A program made the translations under genes and the position numbers. This document shows positions 61,442 to 64,000 of a stretch of 64,000 nt of DNA, piece by piece. How positions within the stretch are numbered: the stretch's first letter is position 1; every line of letters begins with the position of its first letter. Location of the stretch: positions 18,352,001 through 18,416,000 of the forward strand of contig CM120641.1 of the NCBI GenBank assembly GCA_051362555.1. Direction: 5' to 3'. The stretch comes from Lingula anatina. Its lineage: Eukaryota; Animalia; Brachiopoda. Under the pieces are notes generated by a model. The model saw only the letters and a program-made list of their open reading frames with translations. It was not told where the DNA came from and ran no database searches.

Positions 61442-64000
61442 GTGAGTTGTGCTTTCAAATGATTATGGAAAAGAGATTAAAAATTTGATTTTAGACTTAT
61501 TATAATAATAAAAAAAAAACTTTGACATGTTCAATTTGATTGAATGGTCAATAAATTATAAGTTTTCTGAGTGTTGCCTGTGATCCATCTTGTTAAACTG
61601 TTCATTTTGACTAAGAACTATTTTTTAATTATCTTTGATGCAGGCAAACCAATAAACATGCTTTCTGTAGGTGTAGAGCTCATGATTATTATCCTTGTTG
61701 ACCAGAATCATGTGCTTTCATACATAATTGAATGAACACAGAATATGTAAATATTATCATGGCCTTTACGTCTGCACCAACTGCTACATATCAGCCGTAT
61801 AGAATTCTTGGTTTTATCAGTCACGAAAGTGTGACGTCCTTGACAGGCAATATGATTGGAAAAAGTTGATTTTTTTTATAATCCTGGTCTTCAGCTACTG
61901 TTACTCTCTGGATTCTAAGATCTAGGATAGTGTATATTAGGACACACTGAGGAAGAATAAACACCCTTTGACTAAAGCAAGCATTTTGTCATATTATCAC
62001 CATCTAAAACATTTTAAAACTTGGAGTCAAGTTATGGATGGATAAGCATGAAAAAGACTTGATATATTAATTTTCTTTTAATAGGCAAAAAGAAACATTT
62101 TATCTGACTAGAAATATTTCAGAATGATAGGAAATTGTTTCCTTAATTGGATGATTTGACATCGATTTTGTATGATGCAAACAACACCCACTTTGGTTAT
62201 ACAAGACACATTATTTAAGAAACCCACTATAAATAGTCACAATTTCCGGTCATAAACACACTAACAGTGTGTTTAGGATTTTGTCATATTGTTCAGGTGA
62301 TTGACTGAGAAAAAACTTCATTGAAAATGGCAAAAATTATGATATTGTATCATTTTTTTCTACAAAAATTTTTGAAAATTTTGATTTATTTATTTGTTTG
62401 TGTTTGGCAGGAGTGATATTGTGGCTTATTCAGAACCTCCAGACACTTCAATTATTCCACCCACATTTTATATGAATATCTTAACAGGTTTATACATATG
62501 TAATCATTTAAAAGAGTCAGTTATTGAAATCCTGGTATGATGTAATAACAAACATGACAACTAACAATTTCAGTAACTCTATTTGTCTTTTTTATTGACT
62601 AACATGTATGTGAATTGGTCAGGGTTGCATGGGATAGAAGGATTAAGAAGTTGCTATTAGGCACAAGCACACCTGCCACCTTCAGGATGTTTTCAATTCC
62701 AGTGGTACATTTAACTGAACCAGTCCACTTTGAGAGGTCCAAACTTGTTAAAAAAAAGCTACAAGGATTTTGACTCCCTTTCACAAATTCTCCCAAAGCT
62801 CACTTCCTGCTGTTTGGCTAGGTTGATTAAATGGCAGTGCATTGTGCGGGGGTTTGTTTGACTTCGTTGTATATACTGTTCGATGTGAAAATGGCTGAGT
62901 TTCAGAGCGCTGATTTTGACTGACCTCTAGCCTCTTAATTGTTGGCAACAGAAAGTATACGGCTTTTTAGACGGCTTCAGAATCTCAGTTAGGATGCTGA
63001 AATAATAAGGGTTATATGTCACTTTTTAACATTAAATGGGCTTGCATTTTTGGAAGGCAACTTTGACCAATCAGCATACAATGATACTGATGACCAAGCT
63101 GAACTGTAAACAACTGGATCTGTGTAACCTTTTCAGCATATCCAAGTTTGGAGGATATTGGGTCACCACGTGTGTATAATATTATAACATAGAATTCTAT
63201 ATAGCATGCTAACTTAATTCAACTAGCTATAGACTAACAGCTATAGACTAAGAAATTCCAGTAGACCCCATGATTAGCACCCCGAGTATCAATCACCTCT
63301 GTTGTCATCATACCACTTCGTTACCAACATCAAAATTTGTGACAGGTATAGTATATATGCTGGTGCAGGAAAGTCACTGTCAGTACTCTCTGAATCTCAG
63401 GTGCCGGGTGGTCGTCTGCTGGTAAAGTACGGAATCAAAGCACTGAATCAAAGCACTGATAAGCATCATGCAGCTCTGAGAACAAATGGCACCAAGTCCT
63501 CTTATATATCCTTATATCCTGCATAGAGCTTTTTGTCATAGTTGGCAAATTAGCATGGAAGGAATTATGGATGGATGTGCTGTATGCTCTATCAGTCATT
63601 CATTTGTTTTATTTTTGATATAATGTTAATGATATTTTAAGTAATTTCAGTTAAGTTTCAGTTTTTGTTACTGTGATTACTGCCTGAACTGAAGTGCCAA
63701 TTAGACCCTTTAAGAACAATGGTACTAACTGCATAACAATCAGTAGGGTCCTGTCATGGCATATAACTTGCTTTCACACATAATTCCTGTAGTTGTCCTT
63801 TAAAGGATAAAGAAAACAGCATTTCATTTTGAAAATTGGCCTTGAAAACATTACATGGTCTGGGAAGAACCTTTTGGAAACATTCAGGAAAAACCTAAAT
63901 TGTGACATATAAATTGTATTTTTTTCTGTTTTTGTGATTAATGATCTTCTATTCATTGCCATCATTTGCCATGTCATATGAAGTCTCTGTGGATTTCAAG

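Noticed and set aside
62411-62490. Acceptor ttggcag| as the next NCX exon
   Set aside because: Phase-1 reading hits a stop and lacks the expected acidic stretch followed by LPSC

Overview
AT-rich, CpG-depleted animal genomic DNA, probably a lophotrochozoan or mollusc (inferred from NCX similarity to squid as I recall it and from the repeat families). It holds three intron-containing genes, whose exons I reconstructed by hand from GT/AG sites and codon phase. (1) The last six coding exons of adenylosuccinate synthetase (ADSS, +, stop at 5136). (2) A complete nine-exon N-alpha-acetyltransferase 40 (NAA40, -, 10468 to 7104, 243 aa), tail-to-tail with ADSS. (3) The 5' part of a Na+/Ca2+ exchanger (SLC8A/NCX, +, ATG 11615), head-to-head with NAA40: a ~1.8-kb coding exon, a 30.3-kb intron, then exons at 43658, 55946 and 61342; the gene continues past the window. 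The introns carry several MITEs, RTE and L2 LINE fragments, and a Helentron/HINE-like element with ~10.7 copies of a 146-bp repeat. The best leads concern NCX RNA processing: a 24-nt in-frame microexon, a 22-nt cassette that is either a poison exon or an in-frame CBD2 bypass, a single exon resembling both vertebrate exons A and B, a possible stop-free circular RNA, a possible transmembrane alternative last exon and ratchet-like splice points. All are sequence-only predictions needing RNA evidence. No rRNA, tRNA or CRISPR array was recognised.
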